From contig NZ_JBAWYV010000002.1 in the NCBI RefSeq assembly GCF_037143375.1, positions 15,064 to 79,063 on the forward strand: a stretch of DNA of 64,000 bases. The letters run 5' to 3'. Positions within the stretch are counted from its first letter, which is position 1. Every line of letters begins with the position of its first letter. This stretch comes from Rhodoferax sp. Lineage in GTDB: Bacteria; Pseudomonadota; Gammaproteobacteria; Burkholderiales; Burkholderiaceae_C. The translations under genes and the position numbers were made by a program. Under the pieces are notes generated by a model, which saw nothing but the letters and a program-made list of their open reading frames with translations, searched no databases and was not told where the DNA came from. Below are positions 30,065 through 40,097 of this stretch, piece after piece.

Positions 30065-30985
30065 CTAGGAGACTGAAAAACTAACTGTCGGCGCACTAAG
30101 GTCAGCAAATGAACTTCCGAGCGCAATTTCACCACGGCCATGCAAGACACATTCTTCGCGTCGTAGCAACAAGTCTGAGCCGCCCCCAGAGAAACGAACC
30201 CAGCAACCGTAGGAACTCACATCCACCAGCATCACACTGCCATTACGCCAGTCAATACGGGCATGAGTGCGTGACACACGGGGATCATTCACCACAAACC
30301 CCGCTTGCCTCACGCGCCCAATATGAATCGGTAATTCAAAAGACTTAAATGTCTTGTGAGTGTCGAGCCATGTCAGTTCAATCTCCCCGCCCAGCACATC
30401 AGTGCGCGAGCCGTCCATAAGAGAATCAAGGTCTGCCTGAACGGTCAGAAAGTCAGAGGTAATGTCATCTTGCCATTCAACCTGATAAACAGTACAAGGC
30501 TCGGCGCGACCCCGAATATTGATTGGGCCAAGGATGCGAAAACGCACGCCATCACCTTCATCAGCACCGAGCAGCGCGGCGCTATTGACCCATATTTGAT
30601 GCGGACCCGAAAGATCGCTCAGGCGGGCCGCCACGTTGACAGCATCACCATAACAATCGCCATCGACGATTTCAACATCGCCACTGGCAACCCCAATACG
30701 AATGGGCATTTGTTTGTCTGAAGCAATCAGAGGCATGCGTTTTTGATGCATGCGTTGCATCTCAACGACAGCATTGATGGCGGCTGAGTTGTCTTCAAAC
30801 AAAGCCAACACGCCATCACCAAGCATTTTGATTACCCGCCCACCGTACGACTCTACAACGGAGGCAATCCAGGTCGTAATCTCGGTCACTGCCTGTGTCG
30901 CACGAGCATTCCCCAAGGCTTCAAAAACACTTGTGCTGCCAAAAAGATCTGTAAATACGACAGTAGTGTGAAGACTCATTCCCAA
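30065..30985 (-). CDS. class III adenylate/guanylate cyclase fused to a C-terminal FHA domain
   Basis: 306-aa ORF. Cyclase motifs VVFTDLFGSTSVFE, KMLGDGVLALF, IRIGVASGDV and GDAVNVAARL. FHA-like C-terminus IHIGRVRQAGFVVNDPRVSRTHARIDWRNGSVMLVDVSSYG. Confidence 0.8.
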   Translation of the reverse strand: MGMSLHTTVVFTDLFGSTSVFEALGNARATQAVTEITTWIASVVESYGGRVIKMLGDGVLALFEDNSAAINAVVEMQRMHQKRMPLIASDKQMPIRIGVASGDVEIVDGDCYGDAVNVAARLSDLSGPHQIWVNSAALLGADEGDGVRFRILGPINIRGRAEPCTVYQVEWQDDITSDFLTVQADLDSLMDGSRTDVLGGEIELTWLDTHKTFKSFELPIHIGRVRQAGFVVNDPRVSRTHARIDWRNGSVMLVDVSSYGCWVRFSGGGSDLLLRREECVLHGRGEIALGSSFADLSAPTVSFSVS

Positions 30986-31036
30986 CAGATTCCGTTTCTT
31001 GAACTTATGCCAAGTTTAGGGCATATAAGGCATGCT

Positions 31037-31996
31037 TCAGGCATGACCCCAAAAGAGCATGGCATCGCGACCCTCTACCCATAAATTGGTTTTAGCACCA
31101 ACTGGCAAGATCACTTTTGTGGCGACATGGCCATAAGGCAAGTTGGTGAGCACCGGCGTCTTGAGCTTCAGGCGCAACCAGTCCACAACGCTTTGCAACT
31201 TGTATCCACGGTCATGCGGCACAAGTTTGTAGTCAGTAAATTGACCCAAAACAATTGCTTTTTGACGACCCAAAACACCTGCTTGCAGCAGTTGCGTCAT
31301 CATTCGCTCAATGCGGTAAGGGTGCTCGGCCACATCTTCGAGAAAAAGGATGCCGCCTTTGACATCAGGGAAATAGGGTGTACCCATCAGAGAGACCAAG
31401 ACTGACAAGTTGCCACCCCATATCACCGCATTCTTTACACCAAAATCAGCGCTAGCCCCCGTTTCACGTGCGCTAACAGCTACTGAATTCGTAGCATTTC
31501 GTGCCGGTTCACGATGTTGTCGCCAGCCAGCGCCCTCCCCTTGTCCCGAAATGAGATCATCAAAGCAGGCTTCCATGATGTCGTCGGGTGTGTCGGCGAC
31601 GCCAAAACCTTCGCACAAGGCCGGACCAGCCCATGTCACAGCGCCCGTGCGCGCCAGCACCGCATTCTGGAACGCCGTGAAATCACTGATCCCGACGAAC
31701 AGCATGCCTTTGTCAACGGCCTTGGCGACTTTCTTGTACTGAATTCGGTCGAGAATGCGCGTCAAGCCGTAGCCACCGCGGGAAATCAACGCAACATCAG
31801 CACCGCTGGCAGCGGCCCGGTGAATAGCGGCTAATCGAGTGTCGTCGTCACCAGCAAAACGCAAATGACTGGCGAGGGCTGCTTCATCAATCTCAACCTC
31901 ATGGCCCAATTTTTCAAGTCGCGAGACGCCACGCTTAAAAGCAGCCTTGTCTCGCACAGCACCCGAAGGAGAATAAATATAGATGTGTTTTTTCAC
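31037..31996 (-). CDS. ldcA: LD-carboxypeptidase (muramoyltetrapeptide carboxypeptidase, peptidase S66)
   Basis: 319-aa ORF with a GTG start. Nucleophile motif FVGISDFTAF and the C-terminal LPYGH-type motif. Confidence 0.8.
   Translation of the reverse strand: MKKHIYIYSPSGAVRDKAAFKRGVSRLEKLGHEVEIDEAALASHLRFAGDDDTRLAAIHRAAASGADVALISRGGYGLTRILDRIQYKKVAKAVDKGMLFVGISDFTAFQNAVLARTGAVTWAGPALCEGFGVADTPDDIMEACFDDLISGQGEGAGWRQHREPARNATNSVAVSARETGASADFGVKNAVIWGGNLSVLVSLMGTPYFPDVKGGILFLEDVAEHPYRIERMMTQLLQAGVLGRQKAIVLGQFTDYKLVPHDRGYKLQSVVDWLRLKLKTPVLTNLPYGHVATKVILPVGAKTNLWVEGRDAMLFWGHA
31449..31496 (-). repeat. copy of dispersed palindromic repeat, in frame inside ldcA
   Basis: The plus strand reads GCGCTAGCCCCCGTTTCACGTGCGCTAACAGCTACTGAATTCGTAGC, the reverse complement of the family consensus. 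It encodes NATNSVAVSARETGASA. Confidence 0.8.
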
Positions 31997-33219
31997 TAAA
32001 TAGCCTGCGTTGAGGGAGGTATAAAAAAGCTAACTGCAGCCTGTGCATCGATCGCACGGGGTTCCTTGGTCAAGTGCCCATCCAGAATCTTGAATGTTTG
32101 ACCTGACCCGCGTTGTTGCCAGAAATCAACAACTTGCAGTGGCAATGGGGTCTCATCTGAATTATCTGTAGCCATCCATTTGAGAGGAAAAGCACGCAAG
32201 GCAGCGCGGTGGCCACGGTCTGGAAAAGGGGCGTCATAAGCCGGGTCATTGACATCAGTGACTTCGGTTTCAATATTCAAGTCCAACAAGCCGCAGAAAC
32301 GTTTTTTCAGCGCTATGGGCAAGCTCAAACCCAGCAAGTGACTCTGGTTTTGCAGCACCAGCACCGTGTTTTGAAGATCAAGTTTTTCGACCAAGGCCAA
32401 CAATACCTGGCGGTGCCAGTTGAATTGATGAAACGATTCTTTCTTGGGTTTGTCACTTTTACCAAAACCAATCAGGTCCGGTGCGACCACACGGGCCCCC
32501 GAGGCTAACAACACAGGAATCATGTGTCGGTAAAAATAACTCCAACTTTGCGTGCCGTGCAAAAACAAGTAGCTCAGCGGCGCACTGCGCGGGCCTTCGT
32601 CGAGGAAATGTAGGCGCAAGCCAGACAGTACAGACAGGTCACTGAAGTAGTGGCTTGGCCATGGGTAAGCTGAAAGGTCGTCAAAACGTGCCTCTGGTGT
32701 ACGTAAGGCATCTTCGCGGACGGGACTACTAATTAAGCGATGTGCCTCGCGTTTATCCTTGAAAAAATTTTGCAACAAAATTGTGCTTTGCTCTGCCAGC
32801 AAGCCCGCCTGAACCAGCGTGTGGTGATTGAGTTGGCGGTTGGCAAACAAGTCAAGCACGGAGCCGGCCGCACCTGTTTTGGGATCGGAAGCGCCGAACA
32901 CGACGCGTTTCAATCGCGCATGCAGCATGGTGCCAGCACACATGGCGCAAGGTTCAAGCGTCACAAATAACTCGCAATCGTCCAATCGGTAGTTGCCCAG
33001 GACTTGCGATGCGGCGCGCAAGGCGACCATTTCAGCGTGCGCAGTCGGGTCATGCTGACCGATGGGGGCATTGCGCCCTACCGCAATCACCTGACCATGG
33101 CGTACCACCACAGCGCCCACGGGAACCTCGCCCGCAAGTCCGGCCAAACTCGCTTGGGACAAGGCGAGTTGCATGGCTTTTGTATCGGTCAGAGCCTCAC
33201 ACTTGCCCGGCGAAGTCAT
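31996..33219 (-). CDS. tadA: tRNA adenosine(34) deaminase TadA fused to a degenerate haloalkane-dehalogenase-like alpha/beta-hydrolase domain
   Basis: 407-aa ORF. N-terminal deaminase motifs HAEMVALR and PCAMCAG. From about residue 170 it resembles HLD-I dehalogenases (RTPEARFDDLSAYPWPSHYFSDL...GLRLHFLDEGP, HGTQSWSYFYRHMIPVL, VVAPDLIGFGKSDKP). The nucleophile elbow reads LQNQSH instead of QDWGG. Confidence 0.8.
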   Translation of the reverse strand: MTSPGKCEALTDTKAMQLALSQASLAGLAGEVPVGAVVVRHGQVIAVGRNAPIGQHDPTAHAEMVALRAASQVLGNYRLDDCELFVTLEPCAMCAGTMLHARLKRVVFGASDPKTGAAGSVLDLFANRQLNHHTLVQAGLLAEQSTILLQNFFKDKREAHRLISSPVREDALRTPEARFDDLSAYPWPSHYFSDLSVLSGLRLHFLDEGPRSAPLSYLFLHGTQSWSYFYRHMIPVLLASGARVVAPDLIGFGKSDKPKKESFHQFNWHRQVLLALVEKLDLQNTVLVLQNQSHLLGLSLPIALKKRFCGLLDLNIETEVTDVNDPAYDAPFPDRGHRAALRAFPLKWMATDNSDETPLPLQVVDFWQQRGSGQTFKILDGHLTKEPRAIDAQAAVSFFIPPSTQAI

Positions 33220-33248
33220 TGATTGAATCCAGAAATACTATGAAAAAC

Positions 33249-33295
33249 AGAGCTACTAACGCTTATTCAACGGGGGCTAGAGCCCATTAAGCCTA
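33249..33295 (+). repeat. copy of dispersed palindromic repeat overlapping the 3' end and stop codon of paiB
   Basis: AGAGCTACTAACGCTTATTCAACGGGGGCTAGAGCCCATTAAGC. The paiB stop TGA (33267-33269) and the last residues GSSPR are encoded by the repeat. Confidence 0.8.
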
Positions 33296-33896
33296 ATATA
33301 TTCATCCAATCAGCCAAGGCGCGTTCGTCTTCGTTTCCAGCGGCATACATCTCATGCAACTTGGCATGTGACTCAGGGCGATGCTGGTTGAGTTTGAGTT
33401 TGCACTGCACATCCGTCACCAGCAGTTTGAACGCAACAATGCCTGACAGCATTTTTTGCTGAAAGTCAGGCTCTAAAGACCGCCACTGGGTGGCATAAAT
33501 AGGCTCGTGGTCGCCAATAAGCTTCTTCAGAAGTTGATCTTTGGCTTGCGCGTCTTCTATCAAACTGGCCTGCACCGTGCAGTGCACCGCCAAATAGTTC
33601 CAGGTCGGTACTCGGACCAAGTCGGGATACACCTGCGGCGACAAGTAAGCCTGCGGGCCCATGAACGTCACCAAGGCTTGTGGCCTTGCGCTCAAATAAC
33701 GCCAATGCGGATTAGGTTTTGCGCAGTGACCTAACAACACCAATTGTTCGCCACGCTCTTCGATGTGCAAAGGAATGTGCGAGACAAATGGCAACCCCCC
33801 CTCGTCAACACTGATCAGGCTGGCGAACGGGTGCTCTCGCATCAAGCGCAAAGCTTGGCTGCGATCCTTGGCATTGAATTGCGGTGGCAAATACAT
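33267..33896 (-). CDS. paiB: FMN-binding negative transcriptional regulator (PaiB family)
   Basis: 209-aa ORF. MYLPPQFNAKDRSQALRLMREHPFASLISV is the typical PaiB N-terminus. Confidence 0.8.
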   Translation of the reverse strand: MYLPPQFNAKDRSQALRLMREHPFASLISVDEGGLPFVSHIPLHIEERGEQLVLLGHCAKPNPHWRYLSARPQALVTFMGPQAYLSPQVYPDLVRVPTWNYLAVHCTVQASLIEDAQAKDQLLKKLIGDHEPIYATQWRSLEPDFQQKMLSGIVAFKLLVTDVQCKLKLNQHRPESHAKLHEMYAAGNEDERALADWMNILGLMGSSPR

Positions 33897-33923
33897 AAGA
33901 ATCGCCAGGTTAAAGGGCTGCGA

Positions 33924-35534
33924 TTATTCCCACTCAATCGTGGCCGGTGGTTTGCTGGATACGTCGTAGGTCACGCGGTTGATGCCGCGCACTTCATTGA
34001 TGATTCGGCTCGACACCTTTTTGAGCAGCGCGTAAGGCAATTCGGCCCAGTCGGCCGTCATGAAGTCATTGGTTTGAACGGCCCGCAAGGCCACCACGTA
34101 ATCATAAGTGCGACCATCGCCCATCACACCCACGCTCTTGACCGGCAAGAAGACGGTGAACGCCTGATTGGTGAGGTCGTACCAGCTTTTGCCTGACTCG
34201 GGGTCGATGAAATTTCGCAATTCTTCGATAAAAATGTGATCCGCCAGACGCAGCAAGTCGGCGAATTCTTTTTTGACTTCGCCCAGAATGCGCACACCCA
34301 GACCCGGTCCTGGGAACGGGTGCCGGTAAACCATGTGGTAAGGCAAGCCCAGCGCCACGCCGAGTTCGCGCACTTCGTCCTTGAACAGTTCGCGCAGCGG
34401 CTCCAGCAATTTAAGTCCCAACTGCTCTGGCAAACCGCCGACATTGTGGTGGCTCTTGATGACCACCGCTTTTTTGGACTTGGCCGCACCCGACTCAATC
34501 ACATCGGGGTAAATCGTGCCTTGCGCCAACCAGGCCACATGGCGGGACTGGTCGTTTTTGAGTTTGCCGGCCTCAGCTTTGAAGACTTCGACAAACTCAC
34601 GGCCAATGATCTTGCGCTTGGCTTCGGGCTCGCTCACGCCCGCCAGATGACCTAAAAACTGGTCAGCGGCATCGACCCGTACCACCTTGGCGTGCAGTTT
34701 TCCGACAAACATCTCCATCACCATGTCGCCTTCATTGAGGCGCAACAAGCCATGGTCGACGAAAACGCAAGTAAGTTGGTCGCCAATGGCACGGTGAATC
34801 AGGGCAGCCGCCACTGAAGAGTCCACGCCCCCGGAGAGGCCCAAAATAACTTCTTCAGTGCCGACTTGAGCGCGAATTTTCTCAACCGCTTCACTGATGT
34901 AGTCACCCATGATCCAGTCCGCGCGGGTGCCACAAATCTCGAGCACAAAGCGCTCCAGGATGGCGGCTCCCAGCTTGGTGTGCGTGACTTCAGGGTGGAA
35001 CTGCACGCCATAGAAGCGACGCTCTTCGTCCGCCATGCCCGCAATCGGGCAACTGTCGGTACTGGCCATCAGCTTGAAACCATGCGGCAACTCGGTGACC
35101 TTGTCACCATGACTCATCCATACTTTGAGCATGCCGTGACCCATGGAGGTCGCGTAATCCTGAATGCCTTCAAGTAATTTTGTGTGGCCGTGCGCTCGCA
35201 CATCGGCGTGACCAAATTCACGCTTGTGACCGCTTTGCACCAATCCACCGAGTTGGTGCGCCATGGTTTGCATGCCGTAACAAATGCCCAGCACGGGCAC
35301 GCCCAGCTCAAACACGGCATTCGGCGCTTTGTCAGTGGTTTCTTCGTAAACGCTGGCGTGGCTGCCGGACAAAATAATGCCCTTGAGCTTGCCGTCGCGG
35401 GCATAAGCGCGAATCCAGTCGTCGCTCACGTCACAAGGATGAACTTCACAAAAAACATGCGCTTCACGGATGCGACGCGCGATCAGTTGGGTGACTTGGG
35501 AGCCGAAGTCGAGGATGAGAATTTTTTGATGCAT
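33924..35534 (-). CDS. guaA: GMP synthase (glutamine-hydrolysing)
   Basis: 536-aa ORF with [39 protein letters not shown] and the C-terminal PPATIEWE. Confidence 0.97.
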   Translation of the reverse strand: MHQKILILDFGSQVTQLIARRIREAHVFCEVHPCDVSDDWIRAYARDGKLKGIILSGSHASVYEETTDKAPNAVFELGVPVLGICYGMQTMAHQLGGLVQSGHKREFGHADVRAHGHTKLLEGIQDYATSMGHGMLKVWMSHGDKVTELPHGFKLMASTDSCPIAGMADEERRFYGVQFHPEVTHTKLGAAILERFVLEICGTRADWIMGDYISEAVEKIRAQVGTEEVILGLSGGVDSSVAAALIHRAIGDQLTCVFVDHGLLRLNEGDMVMEMFVGKLHAKVVRVDAADQFLGHLAGVSEPEAKRKIIGREFVEVFKAEAGKLKNDQSRHVAWLAQGTIYPDVIESGAAKSKKAVVIKSHHNVGGLPEQLGLKLLEPLRELFKDEVRELGVALGLPYHMVYRHPFPGPGLGVRILGEVKKEFADLLRLADHIFIEELRNFIDPESGKSWYDLTNQAFTVFLPVKSVGVMGDGRTYDYVVALRAVQTNDFMTADWAELPYALLKKVSSRIINEVRGINRVTYDVSSKPPATIEWE

Positions 35535-35539
35535 GGTTT

Positions 35540-37093
<1,554 letters not shown>

Positions 37094-37146
37094 TCAAAGG
37101 TGGGGCATTCAGGACATTTTTACCAAGCGCGCGCTAAACTTGAAAA

Positions 37147-37668
37147 ATGAAATATTTACGTAAATTGGTAATTGGTGCCACTTGTTTGGTGTCTATGGCA
37201 GCATCCGCGCAGTGGCAATGGACCGACAAAGACGGACGCAAGGTCTACAGCGACCGTGCTCCACCATCTGACATTCTGGATAAAAATATTCTTAAAAGAC
37301 CTGCTGGCCGGGTCAACCCCTTGGTGACCAACGAAGCATCTCTCAATGCCGCATCCCCCGTGGCTGCAGCGTCGTCACCGCATGGGTCTGCCAGCGCCCC
37401 AAAATTGAGCGGTGTCGACAAAGAACTGGCCGAGAAAAAAAAGAAGGCCGAAGAAGCTGAAGTGGCCAAGCGCAAGGCCGAGGAAGAACGGGTAGCGAAA
37501 TCGAAAATTGAAAACTGTGCACGTGCAAAGCAAGCTAAAACCAATTTTGATTCCGGCATTCGCATCGCCCGAACCAATGAAAAAGGTGAACGCGAAATCA
37601 TGGATGACGCCACCCGCTCCGCCGAGGCAAAACGCATTCAGTTCATCATCGATTCCGACTGCAAATAA
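37147..37668 (+). CDS. DUF4124-type secreted protein
   Basis: 173-aa ORF. Signal peptide, then QWQWTDKDGRKVYSDRAPP typical of DUF4124. Charged K/E-rich middle. Confidence 0.7.
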   Translation: MKYLRKLVIGATCLVSMAASAQWQWTDKDGRKVYSDRAPPSDILDKNILKRPAGRVNPLVTNEASLNAASPVAAASSPHGSASAPKLSGVDKELAEKKKKAEEAEVAKRKAEEERVAKSKIENCARAKQAKTNFDSGIRIARTNEKGEREIMDDATRSAEAKRIQFIIDSDCK

Positions 37669-37701
37669 GAGATAAAACCCCCTGCTTAAGGTCGCTCCGA
37701 A

Positions 37702-38049
37702 TCAGTAACCGGTAGCGGCCCCGGCTCTTTTTTTGAGAAAGAGCCCGGTGGTTCGGGCTCCCTGCTTAGCAAACCTCTCGCGTCGCGCCACTTTCGGATC
37801 GACGGTGAGGGGCCGGTAAATTTCAACCCGGTCATTGTCACGAAGCACATGACCCCAATGGGTCATCCGACCCCAAACACCTACCAGGCTGGTTGGCTGT
37901 TCAATCTCCGGGAACAACTTGCGCCAACCCGTCGCTTGCAGTGCCCCTAACAGCGTGCTACCGGGAGCCAAGGTCAGGGTGATTTCCCGAACATCTCTGG
38001 GCGCTGGCGAATACACCACCGTCACGTGAATCACGGGTTCACTCCCCAT
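37702..38049 (-). CDS. rnfH: RnfH family ubiquitin-fold protein (UPF0125)
   Basis: ORF 37702..38145. Met33 (MGSEPVIHVTVVYS, ATG 38049) is preferred and overlaps the ratA-like stop by 11 nt. VEIYRPL motif. Confidence 0.75.
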   Translation of the reverse strand: MGSEPVIHVTVVYSPAPRDVREITLTLAPGSTLLGALQATGWRKLFPEIEQPTSLVGVWGRMTHWGHVLRDNDRVEIYRPLTVDPKVARRERFAKQGARTTGLFLKKRAGAATGY

Positions 38050-38482
38050 AGACTTGGCCCGCTCGTTTGACAAAGGCATCGACCATGCTGCGGGCAATCT
38101 TGTCAAACACGGGGCCGACGAGTCTGCCCAAGGTGGCGTTGTCAAAGCCGTAGTTAAGCGTCAACTCCACTTTGCAGGCGCGCTGAGTGCCATCGCCCAA
38201 GGGTAGAAAATTCCACTCTCCATCCAGTCGAGAAAAGGGGCCGTTGACCAGTTTCATCAGCACTTGGCGGTCTGGCGTGTGGGTATTTTGGGTTGTAAAA
38301 GTCTGGCGAATACCGCTGAAGGAAATGCCAACTTCAGCAGTCATCCCATTTTCTTCAGTCGAAAGCACCCGCGCGTGGTCGCACCACGGTAAAAATTGCG
38401 GATATTTCTCAACTTCGGTCACAAGAACATACATTTCTTGCGGGCTGTACCAGATCAGGACGGACTTGCTTACTGTTTTCAT
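38039..38482 (-). CDS. ratA: SRPBCC-fold protein of the RatA / COQ10 family
   Basis: 147-aa ORF with VEKYPQFLPWC and the conserved position divergent from smpB. Confidence 0.8.
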   Translation of the reverse strand: MKTVSKSVLIWYSPQEMYVLVTEVEKYPQFLPWCDHARVLSTEENGMTAEVGISFSGIRQTFTTQNTHTPDRQVLMKLVNGPFSRLDGEWNFLPLGDGTQRACKVELTLNYGFDNATLGRLVGPVFDKIARSMVDAFVKRAGQVYGE

Positions 38483-38550
38483 AGAATGGAGGTCTGCGCG
38501 GGATTGTAGACAAGCCTTGTACGCATCCCTGACAACCCCACATCGAAAAT

Positions 38551-39024
38551 ATGGCCAAGAAACCCGAAACCGCTACCCGCATTGCCGATAACAAGAAGGC
38601 TGCCTACAATTATTGCTTTGAAGAACGCCTTGAAGCAGGCTTGGTACTCGAGGGCTGGGAAGTTAAATCGCTGCGTGAAGGCAAGGTGCAATTAACCGAC
38701 GGCTACATTGTGGTGCGCGAGGGTGAGTTGTTCATCATTGGCCTGCAGATTCACCCGCTCAATACGGCTTCCACCCACATCAGCCCCGACAAGGTCCGCA
38801 CCCGTAAGCTCCTGCTGCACAAGGAAGAAATCAAAAGGCTGATTGGCAAGGTGCATCAAAAAGGCTACACCTTGGTGCCGCTAAACCTGCACTGGAAAGC
38901 CGGAAAAATTAAATGTGAGATCGCTTTGGCCAAGGGTAAGGCCGAGCACGACAAGCGCGACACCATCAAGGACCGCGAAGGCAAGCGAGAAGTTGAACGA
39001 GCCATGAAAGTTCATCGCCGCTGA
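38551..39024 (+). CDS. smpB: SsrA-binding protein
   Basis: 157-aa ORF with [24 protein letters not shown], and the basic C-terminal tail. Confidence 0.95.
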   Translation: MAKKPETATRIADNKKAAYNYCFEERLEAGLVLEGWEVKSLREGKVQLTDGYIVVREGELFIIGLQIHPLNTASTHISPDKVRTRKLLLHKEEIKRLIGKVHQKGYTLVPLNLHWKAGKIKCEIALAKGKAEHDKRDTIKDREGKREVERAMKVHRR

Positions 39025-39115
39025 TATTTTTTGGGTGGGCGGGAATATTTGCTGCATCACAGGTGTTTGTGACTGTGCAAATGTGTTTTTGCATCCCTCA
39101 AACCAGGAGTTACCC

Positions 39116-39520
39116 ATGAATTTCATTCCTCGCACCCATCTCGCCTTTTGCCTGACGTTGGCGGTTTTAGGCGGTTGCGCCTCTATGGCGTCTGCGCCAG
39201 TTAAAGTGGACGACGGCGTGCTGGTCGGACCCAACGGCATGACCCTTTACACCTTCGACAAAGACGTTGCCAATAGTGGCAAGTCCGTCTGCAATGGCCC
39301 TTGCGCCACCAACTGGCCACCTTTGATGGCGGGGGAGGCAGACAAATCTGAAGGCGCTTACAGCGTCATCACCCGAGATGACGGCGCCAAACAGTGGGCA
39401 GTTCAAGGCAAGCCCTTGTACTACTGGGTCAAGGACAGCAAGCCAGGCGACAAAACAGGTGACGGCGTGAACAAAGTTTGGCAGACGGCCAAACCAGCGC
39501 CCAAGTTGGGCGGTTATTGA
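39116..39520 (+). CDS. lipoprotein with Y-x-F-x-x-D repeats (COG4315-like)
   Basis: ORF 39035..39520. Met28 (MNFIPRTH, ATG 39116) follows AGGAG. Lipobox LGGC. Repeated LYTFDKD / LYYWVKD motifs. Confidence 0.7.
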   Translation: MNFIPRTHLAFCLTLAVLGGCASMASAPVKVDDGVLVGPNGMTLYTFDKDVANSGKSVCNGPCATNWPPLMAGEADKSEGAYSVITRDDGAKQWAVQGKPLYYWVKDSKPGDKTGDGVNKVWQTAKPAPKLGGY

Positions 39521-39536
39521 TTAACGTGCTGATCAG

Positions 39537-40097
39537 GTGAATCGCCAATCCATCGTTGACCAAATCCCCGCGCTGCGCCGTTATGCGCGGGCGCTGACGG
39601 GCGACGCCTGGGCAGCCGATGACTTGGTTCAGGACACGCTGGAACGCGCCTGTAGCAAGTGGCGATTGTGGCTTGCAGGCTCTGACCTGCGGGCCTGGCT
39701 GTTCACCGTCATGCACAACCTGTTTGCCAATCAGGTGCGACGCTCGGTCCGGGAAACGCAGGGCGGCAGGGTCGATATTGATGATGTCGCGCATGAACTG
39801 GCGGCGCCTGATGCAGGTTTCGGGCAAGCTTTGGATATGCAACGCTGTCTTTTACGCCTGCCACCAGAGCAACGGGAAGTTTTGTTGTTGGTCACACTCG
39901 AAGACTTGAGCTACACCGAAGTGGCCAAAATTACCGGCGTACCCATAGGGACGGTGATGTCCCGCCTGTCGCGCGCCCGTAGCCGCTTGCAAACCTTGCT
40001 GGATGAACCGGCCCAAAGCGCGCCAGCTTTGGCAACGGCAGAGCCCGCACACCCCGCCTCACGCTCTGTGGGGACCCCTTTGCGCCTGCTGAAATGA
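39537..40097 (+). CDS. ECF-type RNA polymerase sigma factor
   Basis: 186-aa ORF with a GTG start. Region 2 DDLVQDTLERA. Region 4 LSYTEVAKITGVPIGTVMSRLSRAR. Confidence 0.85.
   Translation: MNRQSIVDQIPALRRYARALTGDAWAADDLVQDTLERACSKWRLWLAGSDLRAWLFTVMHNLFANQVRRSVRETQGGRVDIDDVAHELAAPDAGFGQALDMQRCLLRLPPEQREVLLLVTLEDLSYTEVAKITGVPIGTVMSRLSRARSRLQTLLDEPAQSAPALATAEPAHPASRSVGTPLRLLK

Noticed and set aside
30065-30985. Cyclase gene as part of a Pycsar/CBASS-like anti-phage signalling system.
   Set aside because: There is no adjacent effector (TM, TIR, nuclease, patatin). The gene follows housekeeping tadA-ldcA on the same strand, and the FHA fusion points to regulatory signalling instead.
38483-38550. 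Looked for tmRNA (ssrA) next to smpB, and for tRNA or rRNA genes in all intergenic gaps.
   Set aside because: The gaps are too short or lack cloverleaf/tRNA-like acceptor and T-arm sequences, and no rRNA-like stretch was seen. No RNA gene is claimed.
37702-39024. RatA annotated in databases as a type II toxin, with rnfH as a possible partner: a toxin-antitoxin or defence locus?
   Set aside because: The smpB-ratA-rnfH arrangement is a widely conserved housekeeping neighbourhood. There is no mobile-element context and no antitoxin-like DNA-binding gene.
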